DNA of 60,047 nucleotides from Perkinsus olseni (Eukaryota): NCBI GenBank assembly GCA_013115125.1, contig JABANN010000155.1, positions 1 to 60,047 of the forward strand, read 5' to 3'. Shown piece by piece: positions 11,088 to 24,658 of this stretch (position 1 is its first letter; each line of letters starts with the position of its first letter). The notes under the pieces were generated by a model. It saw only the letters and a program-made list of their open reading frames with translations, ran no database searches and was not told where the DNA came from. The position numbers and the translations under genes were made by a program.

Positions 11088-12031
11088 ATGGCGGTGGATC
11101 TGCTGATCAGGGGGAGTTCTCCCGAAGTGTCGAAGAAGATAGAGCTCATCCAAGCGTACTGGAGGAAGTCTGTTCGACGACGAAGTCGCAGTCGGGTGAT
11201 TTTGATGATGAATTTAGCGGCTTTGAGAGCACAGCGGTTCTGGAGGTCAGTTGCCGCGCTGGGGCGGACGAGGAAGAGAATTTGGAGGGTCTTCGAGGAA
11301 CGGAGATCCGCGGCGCGCAAGTTGAACTCGGAAGGACGAAGCCATAGAAGAGGGGGTAGGAGAGTTGAAGTTCATTTGGATGGAGGGATGGCGAGTATCT
11401 TTCGGATTATGGAGGACAAGGTCGACCTAGTGATAGTGGTTGAGGAGGAGATACCCTCAGAGATGATGCAGTATTACGATAGGCTACTGCGGCGGAGAGG
11501 GATAGAGAATCCCTGGGGGCGAGTGCAGGTGAGGTCACCGTGCGCTTTCGAACTCATTCTGTCTTCAACCTAGCTCCGTGCTCAGTCGGACAGAAGGAAT
11601 AATCCCGAGGACAGATCGGTCACCAGCGAGTTGAAGGCTGTCAGATACTAAGTGTTGACTCCTCCGTGTGCTGCACCGACTTGGTATCTTCTATCTCATG
11701 TTCACCCAAGCTCCTCTCACGTCTGCAACATCTTCTATCAGCCTACGAAGGCAGAGCTATGATCGTGACGGAGAGAGGCAGACCGATCACTGAGGGCCAT
11801 CTGCAGGTTAGCAGGGAGGGCGGCTGGTCCTCTTCCGAGTGCTCCGCGACCGCTTCTGAACTGCGTCCTTGACGAATTGCCTCGCGACAGGGGTCAGCAG
11901 TGACAGGTTGATACAGGAGCCTCTTTTGCTCCCATTTGAAAGCTCCTTGGAAGCTGATCTTCACTTCTTGCCTACCATGCGTGCACGGGGGAGGATCTCT
12001 GGTCACTGGCAGTGACTCACTGCTGCTGTTA

Positions 12032-12082
<51 letters not shown>

Positions 12083-15000
12083 CTCCTCTCTTCAGTTGTC
12101 GGGTTACCTCCGAGTTCCCCTAACATCCGTCGCGGGAGGTGTCACTTCCTGGAGGGTGATGATGAAGAAGAAGATCGTTGAGGAGAATGAAGACTTCCTG
12201 TAAGATGCTGAATCTTTGCTCCACTCGAGTGATAGGCAACGAAGTCCATAATTTTTGTTTCCTTGTCGTAGATAATTTTCCCTCAGAAAGTTCGTACCGC
12301 CCTACTGCTGTGGGCCATGGAATGATGTTGATGATCTCATTCATGATTGGAGTTGTTTATGCGAGAAGTATCAAAAAGTGAGGCAGCTATCATTTTTTTC
12401 ATTTTCCTCTGTCCTCCGCAGTAGGTCTGCTGCAAGTGGATACTTGAAGTGGACGGGATGGAGCCGAAGGATGCAAGCCGAATCTTCATCGATCTCAGCA
12501 GCAGGCGGGGAGCGGTGAGAGAAAGTCTCCTCTTCAGGATCATGCGTGAATCATTTTTGCGACGCGGCAAAATTTTCCGTGGCTTGCAGTACTTTTGTAC
12601 TGTGGTTCGACCCCACCATCGCCTCTTGTGCCTTGCTAGCGTTCGAGATGCCATTTGTGTCAGGGAGAGTATAGACAGATGCTGGCGGATGAGCTGAAAA
12701 GCATGCCGAAGTGAGTCGTCCTCTCCCTCTCCCTATCAACCAATGGATTACTTCAGGGCCGAGACGCTCTGTAACCTGGCTGTTCGTCGGGGAGGTGTTA
12801 TCCGTGGTTTACCCTCGCCACAATTGGCCAGCATATCGATCCATATGGAAATCGACGAGGACACAGTGAAAGTCTCCGGGACATCCGAGGGTATCTTTCA
12901 CAATCACTCTCCGACCTGCGCGTTGATTCCTCATTGTACTCGTCCCTGGGGCAAACGCTGTGGGGTGGTTGAAGAGTTGGGAAGGCGCGTGGGAGAAGCG
13001 CTCGGCCGGAGAGGCATCCGAGGCTTTGCGAGTGTCGAGCTTATCGTCTTCATGAACCCTAATTTTGACGAGGAACTTACTGCGAATGTTGAGGACATCG
13101 TAGGGAGTATTGGCCGGAGCGGCCTGCTGGATGACGGTGTGGATGATGGGATGTTCGCAGCATTGAGAAGTGCGGAGAGTATCTCTATCGATCGGGTGAT
13201 CGATAATGTCGAGCGAGATATAACCTCGAGTTTGCGGTCGGGTGATGATAAGGTTGGAAGTGTGCGAGAGTATCTTCGTGCATGCATGGCACAGGTGAGT
13301 TCGAAGGTCCTTCGGTAAATCGAAGATTGATTATTTCCGCAGATGTCTCGTGACGGCCTCGAGGTGTTGGACTGTCGAGATCCAATCAACAAGTTTGCTT
13401 GTTGGATATCGAGCGTTAATCTCGGAGTGATGACTGAAGAGGTGAGAAGTGGCGTTCCACGGCGATGAAATCGCGTGAGTTCACCCGCGACTCAACTCCA
13501 CGTCTCGAAGTTCCTAGACGGCGCTGCTGAGGCAGTTTTATATCATATGGCAATCTTCGCGTTTTCGAATGCGCGAAAAGCTCCACTTCGGGTTGAGCCG
13601 GTCGTCGCGGTTCCGAAGAGCTTGCGAGCGACAGCATCGTGCACCCATCGATTTCGCTCTCGCAGCTGGCTCTCTAATCCAAGACGAACCCCAATTGCTG
13701 GGCGATTCGAAGGTTGGATGGTATACATGCTCTCAAAAGGGGAGTTTCCTGATGTATCAATCGACCGTTTCATCGCCATTTCGATGCATCCCACCGGACG
13801 GCGTCCGGCGACGCCACTGCCCCGTCCTTTTTGCTCTCTACTGGAATTGCTGTCTTCGCAACCTGGTAACAAACTCAATTTACGCGAATAAAGCTGGCAT
13901 CTCCTCCACAAAATAGGGAGGAGGCCTGAAAAAAGTTATGACAACAATCTTGGACATCAACTGGTGATGATCAACATAGTGGCTCATCATCATCCTCAGT
14001 GAAAAGGTGCTCTCTCTAGAATCGTGCGCTGAAATCCCTCCCTCTTTGGTACTTGCTCGTAGGTATTCCCATAGCGCCAAGAACAGTCGGAGCCACATCC
14101 CTGAAGAAGCACAGTGACGTCAGAGTCTCGGACGGAAACCTACTTGATGCCTAGCCACCCACCCCACCCCTTATCCCTGGGCTCCTTCATTTCACGACGA
14201 GGACTGAAGAATATAATAGGGACCTGCGCGCTCGCGCGCATCCAATGGCCATGCCCATTCCTGTACCTGAGCACATACATTCCCTGCCATCTTCTCTGCA
14301 GTGCCCAAGCATTAGCTGCCCACTTACCCTCCATGATCAGCTATGATCACGATCAGCGTGCCGTCCAACAACCTTTGTTCCAGCAAGGCTCTAAGAATAT
14401 CATCTACGAGCTCGTCCATCCTCTTTACAGCTCCATAATAGCTAAAAAAGAGATCCTCCGGGAGCCGAGAGAGCTGCAGTCCATGCTGCCCTACTCTTTG
14501 GATCCCCAGAAAGTTCGATGGCCAGCATTGTCAATCTGACAGAAAACCGAGTTCGCAGGTGAATATCAGAACGCTGCGGACAGCCGCCCGCAAAATGGAG
14601 ATCACGAGGAGCGACGAGTTCAGTTTTGTTTCGGTTTACTCGCGAGAAGTTCTCGCTGAGAGCTCGCTCATCAGAAGTATCTACCTTCAATTGTCTTACC
14701 CCAGATAATTGGATGAACGACAAATGAGGAGGCTTCTTTGACTTTATTTCCTCCACGAGATACTCTGCAGACTTATGATCGTAACCGCCTCCTGATCAGC
14801 AGCGAGATTCATCTTCGCCGCGCTTGATAATCGTGGAATTGTTACCAAAATAGCTGCGGTCGACATTCTTATCGACGAGTTTTCCTGACACCATCGGCTT
14901 ACAACACTTCCCCGCAGTTATGGCCTATTCACCTACCCAACCAATGCCAGCTGTGAACCAGCGCCGTCCTGATATTCTTGTTCCGCTTCTTTGCTATTTT

Positions 15001-16990
15001 GAATATCGTTGGAGGAAGCTGCCCTGAGGATTAGACGATGCCAGCATTATCGAGCCATAATCCTACCACGACCGCTCACTGGGGGTACGCCCTTTTGAGT
15101 GAGGTATTTGGGGTCGAGTTCCAGGGGGTCCCACTCGTTAAACAGAATACCCGTCTCAGACGGCGTCATGCCTGACCACCGATGACTGCTGCCCAATCGG
15201 CGTTGCCTTCATACCTGTGAGAATGGTAGCCCAGTTGGCAGCGCTGGTGAGGGGATACTCCGCTCGGGCGAGGAAGTTATAACCGGCTTGGGAGGAAGTC
15301 AGGATTCTCCTGAAAAGTTTCAAAGCCTGGTAAGCGTCTCATGGCGAACAAGGAGGTCCAATTCCGCCCCCACAGTGGGGGCCCCACTACTTACCATAGG
15401 GTGGGTGCTTGATTATAGCTGGTGTTCCTTAAGTAGTATCCACCCAGACCATCGAGCCCAATGATGATCGCTCGCTTGAACTTCCCATTGGGCCATCCGT
15501 CACCTGAGGTGATTCACCTTCCACTTGATCTCGCCTTGCCTTTCGTACCATTCACACCGATAAGGGCGAGGAGTTGGAAAAAAGTACGAAACAGGGGAAC
15601 CGACATCACCCTTGAAAAAATGTACAATAAGATGATAAAGCTCATACTCCGTATCTCTCAGTTATCTCTATGGTAACTGCAAATATGCGAGCGCCCATCG
15701 TAAGACGTGACGGAGGAGCAGACTCATTGGGCGTGACATAGTCTCGCCTGAATCAACACGCGTGCGCACGCTCTTCCGAGGCGTGACAAGTTCCGCGGAA
15801 ACTCCCGGTGGTGTGGATCATCTTATCGAAAGTTGACCCACCCTCCCGCCCACTGGGGTAGTGTGAAATATTTTTCCCATTTCTTCGGGGTACTGCGAAA
15901 GATCTTCCCTATTTCCTAGCGACTCGCTGGCAGCGAGGCGATCCGTTGTTTCTGGCAGCCGCCCAATGTTTGTAGCTGTTCTGACGGATACTTAGCGGGG
16001 ATTATAAGAAAGATTCTTTCCAATGTACAGACCACCCAACCAGGATCTGTAAGGAAGTCTAATTCTCTGATTGCCTCACGCGCGGCTGCATGGCTGCTAT
16101 CTCAGGCCGCTGCCGTTCATGCATTGCAGCTGATAGCGGGAAGTCGGGGACGATCACGAAGGTGAGTAAATATTTACTGCATTTCCGAAGAGCTAGCGAG
16201 CGACAGCATCGTACAAATATCGACTTCACCCTCGACGCTGACCCTAGAGTACCACACGAACTCCGACTACTACTGTAGGCATTTCGAAGGTTGGATAGTA
16301 TGCAGAAGAGAAGTCTGGAGAGGAAGTCTGAAGTTTCCTGATGTATCGATCGACCGTTCATCGACATTTCGATGCATACTGCGGTCGTGAATGTGGAGCC
16401 CGTCGGACGTCACTGCGCCATCCTGTTTGCTTAAAGCTTACATTGTTGTCTTCACATCAGGCCTGTTGATGATGTCCCTCGAGTGGCGTTACTGACGAGG
16501 AGGGGTAGCTGCCACTTTGGACCGGACATCACTCACGCGAAGCTCTTCCAAGCAGCGGAGGAGGGGGCCTTCGCATTCGATCTGTCGGAGAATGTGGGCA
16601 CTCTATTTATTGAAGTAGGGATTGCCCTTAAGTATCTTCAATAACACTTCCTTGACATCCCGCAGCTCCTCTCAGGCGGACCTGTTGGGTAAGATGATCT
16701 CGACGCTCACATTTGACCGGAGCCCAAGGCAGTGTGTAATGAGTGCTATAGATGCCTTGAGGAGAATCAGTGGAACCTGTTGTGAAGGGCTTGCTCACGA
16801 TGGCTACCCATCTTGCCAGTCAGGCCTTCAAAGAGCTCTGGTAGTAAAGATGTCGCTACCGGGGTTCGAACCTGTGTCGCTCTCGACTGCTGCAGTTCGG
16901 TTATCCTCTGTGTTATCGCCTGCGTGGCTGCTCTTTCAGGATTCATTGATGATGCTAGCGGAACGAAGTGAAGGCGCGACCAATACTTGA
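11088..16990 (+). CDS. IQCH: IQ-motif-containing protein H-like, multi-exon; ends approximate; appears to span a nested antisense gene
   Basis: IQ motif IELIQAYWRKSVRRR, then RRVEVHL...VDLVIVV...MMQYYDRLL, ISCSPKLLSRLQHLL, GGVI...SISIHMEID and RGIRGFASVELIVF. IQCH-like C-terminal pieces FAFDLSENVGTLFIE and LGKMISTLTF occur at 16570-16760. Confidence 0.6.
12032..12082. repeat. (ATG)17 intronic microsatellite
   Basis: Direct run. It explains the spurious poly-M and poly-I ORFs. Confidence 0.95.
13611..16458 (+). repeat. Diverged direct repeat of about 250-280 bp (about 13611-13860 and about 16183-16458)
   Basis: Shared blocks ttccgaagagct(t/a)gcgagcgacagcatcgt, ttcgaaggttggat, agtttcctgatgtatc(a/g)atcgaccgtt and catttcgatgcat in the same order. 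Confidence 0.85.
14016..15606 (-). CDS. Secreted alkaline-phosphatase-superfamily (type I phosphodiesterase/nucleotide pyrophosphatase-like) protein, copy 1
   Basis: Signal-like MSVPLFRTFFQLLALIGVNG, then RAIIIGLDGLGG, YPLTSAANWATILTG, QLSG|IDNAGH, ADHGG|YRNGHG, DVAPTVLGAMG. Confidence 0.85.
16851..16875 (-). other. tRNA-3'-end-like / B-box element in a probable IQCH intron
   Basis: rc ACAGG TTCGAAC CCCGG TAGCGAC A TCTTT. Confidence 0.7.
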
Positions 16991-18397
16991 AGAAGATCTT
17001 CCACTAAAATCATGTTAATTTCCTGCAGTTGTTGTCTCATCTGGCAAAGGTTCCCGCTAGGTGTTGGCTGACTCCCCCTGAGAGTCGATACGGCGATGGC
17101 CGCTCGCTTCGGGTTTACAAATTCGATCGTGCTCTACTACAGTTGATCGATGTCTAACCTCATCAAATGGCCACTGGTTGCTTCTCGGACCTCCAGTCCG
17201 TCGTGACGACGGCGTCGTCGTCCAACAGTCGCGAGGCCCGACGCCCTTAGTCTAATATTCTTTGTCCATTCAGATTTACGTTAGGACTATCACGTTGAAT
17301 CGATTTTTGGTGATATTATTCTGGTGGGGTCCCTGTGGCGAAGCGGTGAGAACTCGGGAAGGCGAGGTGACCATGAGCGGAACTGTCGTGGGTTAGGGAT
17401 GAAGCACCGTTCATAGGAATCGGGCCCGGACTCACGGGGCCACTTACTCCAAGTTCCTTTCGAGAGCCGCGGGGGAGGCGTCCTTTTTCGGGGACGAGTA
17501 TCTTTAGAGAAGGATGTCACCGGTAAACCAGAGGAGCATTTCCTGGGAGATACCCAATGATGTTGGCAGTTGTCACACGGTGGCCGTGGTGAAGTCGAAG
17601 ATTCTCTTGTCTGACTCCAGTAGCCTTTTTTGAGAACAAACCTAACTGGGGGGGACGGAGAAGATGGAGGGTGGAGGTGAGTTATGGTATAATTGGGTGG
17701 CACAGCATCTGCTATCGGAATGTCCGAGGTGCCGTTTGCACTTCGGAAGGTAGAGGGGCTCTTTAGTAAAGGGAGAGCTCGGCTCGGCGTATCGGATGTT
17801 TCTGTCTCGCGCTCTCTGAAGTTGCTTCACCGGCTTCAAGCCTCCTCGGCCAGGCGCGATCGTCCGAGCATCGCGACCGGTGGTCATCTGTTCGAGTTGG
17901 GCGCACGACGACTATTATCCTTCTTCCTACTCCTTCATGTCTAGAATGATGCCTGGATTCTTGAGGCATTCAGCACTCCGATGATGGGAAACAAGCGGTA
18001 ATGATGATGCCGGAAGCGGAAAATAGCCGTTTTCGACTATCTGAAAATTTAGAGCCCTGCTCCGAGCAGGAGTGATCTGCTCACTGTGACCAACACCCAC
18101 TGGCTGTAGTTACAACATTATCCTCTTTCATCATTCTCGACAGTGGGAATTCTTGCAGCGCCCGACTCCCTGTACGGTACCGTACGCCGAAGGATTCGCG
18201 GCACTTTGCGGCTGACCGGGAGTAGAACTAGTCTTCACTCCGTCGCAAACGCAACAGATGTCCGAAGAAAGAGGATTGATGATTCGCGTGCGATAGGGAT
18301 GTGCCTTAAGCGCTGTGAAATAAGTGAATAGCAACAATCATCGGAGATGCTGATAGTTGATGAAAAAGTCATCATCCTTAATGAGAGGGTTTCCCTC

Positions 18398-19863
18398 CTA
18401 AAAACGCGAGCTGAAGTCCCTTCCCCTTTGATACTTGTTTACGGGTATCCCCATAGCGATAAGGACTGTTGGAGCCACATCCCTGAACGATCGCTTTGAG
18501 TACAGCCCACAGCCCGAATGGTTACCTGACGCTCAACCATCCGCCCCACCCCTTATTTCCAGGCTTTCTCATCTTACGGTAGGGACTAGCGAATATGATG
18601 GGGACCTGCGTGTTTGCACGCATCCAAAGACCATGCCCCTTTCCGTACCTGGCGGAGCTAATTCGTGCAGGAATAGCGAGAAAGGGCAAGATACTCACCC
18701 TCCATGATCAGATGTGATGACGATGAGAGTCTCTCTCAGGAGCTTTTTTCCCGCAGTGCGGCGTGGATATCCTTCACGAGCCTGTCCTTGTACTTGACGC
18801 TGTTATAGTATCTAATACGTTACATGGAGGCTTTCAGGAAGGTGATCAGGCTTACTCTTCAGAACCCCAGAAAGATCTATGCCCAGCGTTATCAATCTGA
18901 CAGGGACAACGAGCTCCCATGGGAGTAGGAAAGCACTGCAAATATGTGTAACTTCCGAGCGGCCATGATATTTCCCTACCCCTGATAGTTGGATGAAGGC
19001 GAGGTGGGGAGGGTTCGGAGACTTGATCTGCTCGATGAGATTTTGCGCAGCATGATGGTCGCTTCTGTCTGAGACAATGATAGACAATTTGCCTGCGAAG
19101 ACCACAAGCAGGAGGAGAATTCGAAGTAGTCGGAGGATTACCGAAATGCTTGTGGTCAACGTTCTCATCGGCGAGGTTTCCTGACCATACGGAAGATGAG
19201 AATTCACTGCTGAATAACGTAAATTACCCAACCAGTCCCAACTATAGATGAATGCCGTCTTGATATTCTTGTTGTACTTCTTCAATACGTTGAATATCGT
19301 CGGAGGAATGCGTCCTGAGCTCTTCATTTACTCGACAAACGTTCTGTGATCGTACCTCGACCGCTCACTGAAGGCACCTTCCCATCAGTAAGATCCACCG
19401 AATTGAGGTGGGTATGGTCCCACTTATTAGTCAGGATACCCGTATCCGACGTTGTCATACCTGGGAGTCGGAGACTACTACTCGACCTGCGTGGTCAGAA
19501 TTTACCCGTTAGGATGGAAGCCCAGTTGGGAGCACTGTAAGTGGGATACTCTGCACGAGCGAGGTACTCGTAGCAGACTTTATTAGATTTGAGCATGTTC
19601 CTGGTAATGATGGTCCGAATAGCATAAGGTCGTTGAATCCTCCCGGTTCACCTTATGTATGGGGCCTGGCTGTCCGAAATGTTCCGCAAGTAATATCCAC
19701 CCAGACCATCCAGCCCAATGATGATCGCTCGCTTGAACTTCCCATTGGGCCATCCATCACCTGAGGTGACTCATCTTCCACTTGATCTCGCCTTCCCTTT
19801 CGTACCATCCACACCGATAAGGGCGAGGAGTTGGAAAAAAGTACGTAACAGGGCAACTGACAT
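18398..19863 (-). CDS. Secreted alkaline-phosphatase-superfamily protein, copy 2
   Basis: MSVALLRTFFQLLALIG, IIIGLDGLGG, YPTYSAPNWASILTG, IDNAGH, SDHGG, DVAPTVL. Confidence 0.85.
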
Positions 19864-21340
19864 TTCAGTAAGATGGGTACTGTCCAATAATGCACCCAAG
19901 TGAGGCTGATGAGATCATCAATCTTTACGTACCACATCCACCCACAGGATTCGTCCTCGTCCTTACGGCAGCTCATAGCCGTTGCATGCGCTTTTACCTC
20001 GGTGCGACGTGCTGTGCACTCAATTTGTGCGGACAAGTTGTGCGCCTTGTAACCTTGCACTCGCGTTCATCCCCTCTCTTGCTCAGCTCTTGTAGGCTCC
20101 ATAATCAGAGGGGATGCTTCGGCTACGAATCCTGTGTGTGGATGGATCTGGTAGCGGAAAACAAAGAGTTGAGAGTTCCCTAGAAGAGCTGAGGATGGGA
20201 GGGGGTGCACGTGAGTGCAGAGACAGGAGGCGCACAACTTATACGGCGCGAGGAGCAATCCCGCACAAACAGACCGGAACGTGAATGGTGTCCGGCAGAG
20301 TGCCCCGGGGACAAACTGGCGCCTTGCCTCCCTTTCAGCCTATCCAGCTCGTCCACTGATCCTTGCCATAAGCAAAACTCATCGCTATTCAATCGGCGTA
20401 GTGTTGCCTGTGATTATTCCTGCCATGATTGTGCTCCGTAGCCGCCCGACAGACAGCGCACAAAGCACGAAGTCAGCCCTTGCACTATAGTAACAGCTAT
20501 CCCCTCAGCCCTCACCTTAATGGGGAGTGTGAGTAACTTCGGGAGCTCTAACTCATAGGGCTCTCTTCTGAGTTCCCAAAACTTGGAACGTCAACAGGCG
20601 TGTTTGTTAGTGCCTGAAATTCAGTTCCGTAACAGTCGTCGCTGAACGTTCAATTCTTTAGCTGCATTGTCCGGGGTACTTATCAACGAACAGGCACCTT
20701 TCGAGAAGAATTCCTGTCTCGGAGAGTCCGAATGGGGGCGTGACAGATCCACTACATCGGGGTTCTGTGTGTTTGACTACAATATGCGAAAAAGGAAGAC
20801 GTCTACGGGAGTAGAGTTGAAGCGAGTCTGAGACTCAGACTCCGAGTCAGCTTGTCTGACTGAGAAGGGTTGAGGAGGTGATCGTTGGTTTGCCGCGGAG
20901 ACCTCCAATGTCCGAAATCCTCCGGGTCTAGGCCGTTGCATATTCTATTAGAAACACCCCAGCTCGTCGATCCATTTCGTCCGAATACTGCTACAGCCTG
21001 TAGCCTACAGGCACGACTCATGCCTGTAGCAACTCGTGCTCGTGCCGCACGAGCATCAACAGCGCACTCACGAAATAACAATTTATCAGCGGTAGGGGAC
21101 GATGTATGCGCCCTGAATGTAATGCTGATTACCCAAACTTACGTGATGAGCGGCATCGAAAGACTTGGTAAACGCAACAAGCATTTTGAAAAACCGGAAA
21201 AGAACCGGCAGACACCAAAGCCTCTCATAGGGAAGGCCCCCTGGGAAGCGAGTTCCAATATAAGGAGTGATTACTAATAAAGATGGGGTGATTTCATATC
21301 AACAATGAATGCCTATCATCCAAAATGAAAAGTGTCTCCT

Positions 21341-23043
21341 CTAAAAAAGTGAGCTGAAGTCCCCTCCTCTTTGGAACTCGCCCACGGGTATCCCCATAGC
21401 GCCAAGGACTGTTGGAGCCACGTCTCTGGAGGACCAGTGTTCACATGCCGAGCCAACAGTGCAAATGCCTACTTGATGTCCAACCACCCGCTCAATCCAT
21501 CCGGGCCGGACTTCTTCATAAAACGGTAAGGGCTGAAAAATATGATGGGGACCTCCGCTGTGTAACGCATCCATTCGCTATGCCCTTTCTTGTACCTGGG
21601 AATAGTTCCCAGCTGGACTGATCTGCAGCTAGCCTTCGAGGAGCCGTAGTCCACTTACCCTCCATGGTCAGATGTGATCACGATGAGGGTCTCCTTCGCA
21701 ATCTCTTTCACCCTAAGTGTACCAACGATGTTAACTATGATCTCTTCCATGTGCTTGAGGGCAGCATAATATCTGCGAAAAAATCCATGCCAAAACAAAA
21801 TGCCTACCGTCCTATCTCGTTGAATGAGAAAGGGTTCGAGTCTTACTCGTCCGAGCCCCAGGAAAACGTATGACCCGCGTTGTCAACCTGACAGGAGAGA
21901 GCTGTGATGCCGTCAAAGCAGTGATTCACCATGATAAATCACCGTGATTCAGCATCACAGTGATGCTGCCGCAGCGTCGCTGCGCCACAGCAGCTGTGGG
22001 CCTTCCATGATGGTTGTCCAATGGTAACGCAACAGAGCAATTCTCAGCGACGTACATGAGTCGCAAGGAAGAAAATAGAGTATACCGATTGTTTCTCATG
22101 AAGCAATGGAGCTTTCCTATCGGCGATGTCGTTTGCATTTACCTATCGGAGTCTAGAGGAACAGTCCCACCTCAGACAGTTGAATGAAGGCGAGGTGAGG
22201 CGGGTTGTCTGAGTTGAGTTGCTCTATGAGATCATCAGCTGTCTTGCCATCGTCATCATTGCCTGAGTCGATCGGACGAAATATGTGCAGGAAACAACGA
22301 CAACCGACTACTCATGAAGTGGTGGTCAAGACTCTTCTCGTCCACGAGTTTATCTAGCACAACAAAGCCTGCCCCCATCGCCCATCGAGTGTGAACCTAC
22401 CCAACCACTTCCAACTGTAGACCGATGCAGTCCTGATATCCTTGTTGTACTTCTTCGCCACGCTGAAGAACGTCGGGGGCAGTTGGCCTGAGATTTTAGT
22501 GTTCTGGCATCCACAGCAATGGTTCTTGAAGAATGACGCGAAACCTCCTTACCTGGTCCACTCACTGGGGGCACCCTGTCATCAAATAGACTTTGAGGGT
22601 CAAGAGCATCGACGCGCCACTTATTATTCAGAATACCCGTTTCTGACGGGGTCATGCCTGCCAATCGAACACTGTTCGCCGAACAGTGTTAGCAAACCTC
22701 TCCCACCCGTCAGGACAGCAACCCAGTTTGGAGCACTGTCGAGAGGGTACTCCGTACGAGCGAGAAGGTTATAGCAGGCTGCGGGGGAGTTGATGATGTC
22801 CCTGAGGAAAACACCGTCGGGGTCAGAGTGTTGATTAATATTCCTTATGTACCACAGCTTGGGTGTTAGTGTCCGGTCCATGTATTTCAAATAGTTCCCG
22901 CCCAGACCATCGATTCCAATGATGATCGCCCGCTTGAACTTCCCATTGGGCCATCCATCCCCTCCCGCCGAGTTGTCCGTAGTACCACTCACGCCGATGG
23001 GAGCGGTGACGAGGAATAGAACGCGTAGCAGAAGAGTCGACAT
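21341..23043 (-). CDS. Secreted alkaline-phosphatase-superfamily protein, copy 3
   Basis: MSTLLLRVLFLVTAPIGVSG, IIIGIDGLGG, YPLDSAPNWVAVLTG, VDNAGH, SDHGG. One enlarged intron at about 21890-22170. Confidence 0.85.
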
Positions 23044-24658
23044 TACTCTGAGATTGATACTGGGACCCAGGTAAGACTTGGTAACCCCTGACAATTGGAC
23101 TCAGTCAGCTCTTTGTGTTCGTTCCCGCACACCCTAGAGAGGCCTCTTGTGGAGACGCGACGCCGTGCTCACGGTGCTTAATCGGACAGCAGGAGATTGC
23201 GGTACTCGGTTATCGCTACACGCGAGTGCGAATTCTCAAAGTTACATTGAGAAGGATGAAGTCTGTACCTATCAATGATGCCTGATCATCAGGCATCGTC
23301 AGCCTGACGATAGCATGCCGATCATCCGGACATAACTGTCCCCGGGACAGCGAGAGCGATTGAACGCATGCGCTCACTCTTCGTCACGCAGAACCTACGC
23401 TAGTGTGACTTCCGAAATCTTCCACTGATCGCCCGACCGCTGTTTTCCGGTAAAAGATAGGTTTGAGCTACTAGCTACTATTACTTCTAGGAGGGAACTC
23501 CTTGAAGCAGCGGAGGAGTAGGAAGGAATCTTCAAGAGTCGTGATCGTTCGGCAATTCGGTTCTAAAAACCGACCCGGGCCGGATCATCCGATTCGGCAC
23601 GCCGGTCTTGCAGTGAAGTGACCCGGAATTGACATATGAGAGGTGCTGTACGCAAGCTGGGAATTCGGTTTCACAATCACTGGTGAGATATTCGTAAAAA
23701 GGATGAAGTTATAGCGGATGTTTTTCCCGCTATCTACGAGGGGTCATCCCCATATACGCCCGGAGATTCTAGTTCCTGCTCAGTGCGCACACTCTCCGAT
23801 GTGGCGCATGAAAACCACAGACTGGCCTTCCTAGTCCACCAACGGCCGTCGACGCTGCTGCCTCGAATACCCTTCTTATTGACAGAGACTTGGAGGGGTA
23901 CTCCTGTTTGTCGAGGGGTGCCACGGACCGTGGCCCACGGTACAGGGGCACCACTTCCAGACAAACGATTGAGAAAATCGTGAGCGGGCTGCGGCTCTCG
24001 AGCTGAGGAATGCTACCGAACGACGCTTGGCGAGTGTCCGCCGGACCCGTGGTTTGCTTAGGGGAACCCTCACAGATCACCGCTCCAATGGCCTGGACCC
24101 CGAGACAGAGCGGACCGAAAATAGCGGACACCGGAAGGGGATTCCATCACGGAATGTGGTGAATCTACGCATCTGTCTCAGGGTGGCCCAGCGGGGAAGA
24201 ATGCTATTCTTTCTTACCGGGAATCCCGGAAATGCCCGGGAATGGGAAGAATGATCCATTCTTCCCACTTTTGGGCCACCCTGATCTGTCTCGTTATACT
24301 CCGGAGAGCCCTAATATGTCCCTGGTAGGTGCCCCGCGACTGGGACTCGGCCATGGCGCATACCGGAGTGCAGGGGTCGCTCCTTTGACCGTATCATGAC
24401 AAGATATTACGACGGCTCACACACATCTTCAGCATCATTGATGAGCTCGGCGTAGCGCGGATGCAGTTGACATGTAACATGTCACATGTTGGACCGATGG
24501 TGTATTATCTGTCGCGCAGGTTTTCCTCCGTCAAAGCCATGTCCATTTGGTGAGAAGTGAATGATGATGTTTCACACTGAGCACAGGTTGCTGCTCAGTG
24601 TTGACTCGATTCGGAATCGACGTAGGTTACCGTCGATTCCCTGGATAGCCCATGCCCA

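Noticed and set aside
11743-12181. Poly-Met, poly-Ile and poly-His ORFs (also 47950-48542)
   Set aside because: Translations of intronic ATG/GAT microsatellites.
17290-17970. Overlapping - strand ORFs (also fragments at 26630-27420)
   Set aside because: No recognisable homology or coherent exon chain. They could be decayed genes, but this cannot be supported.
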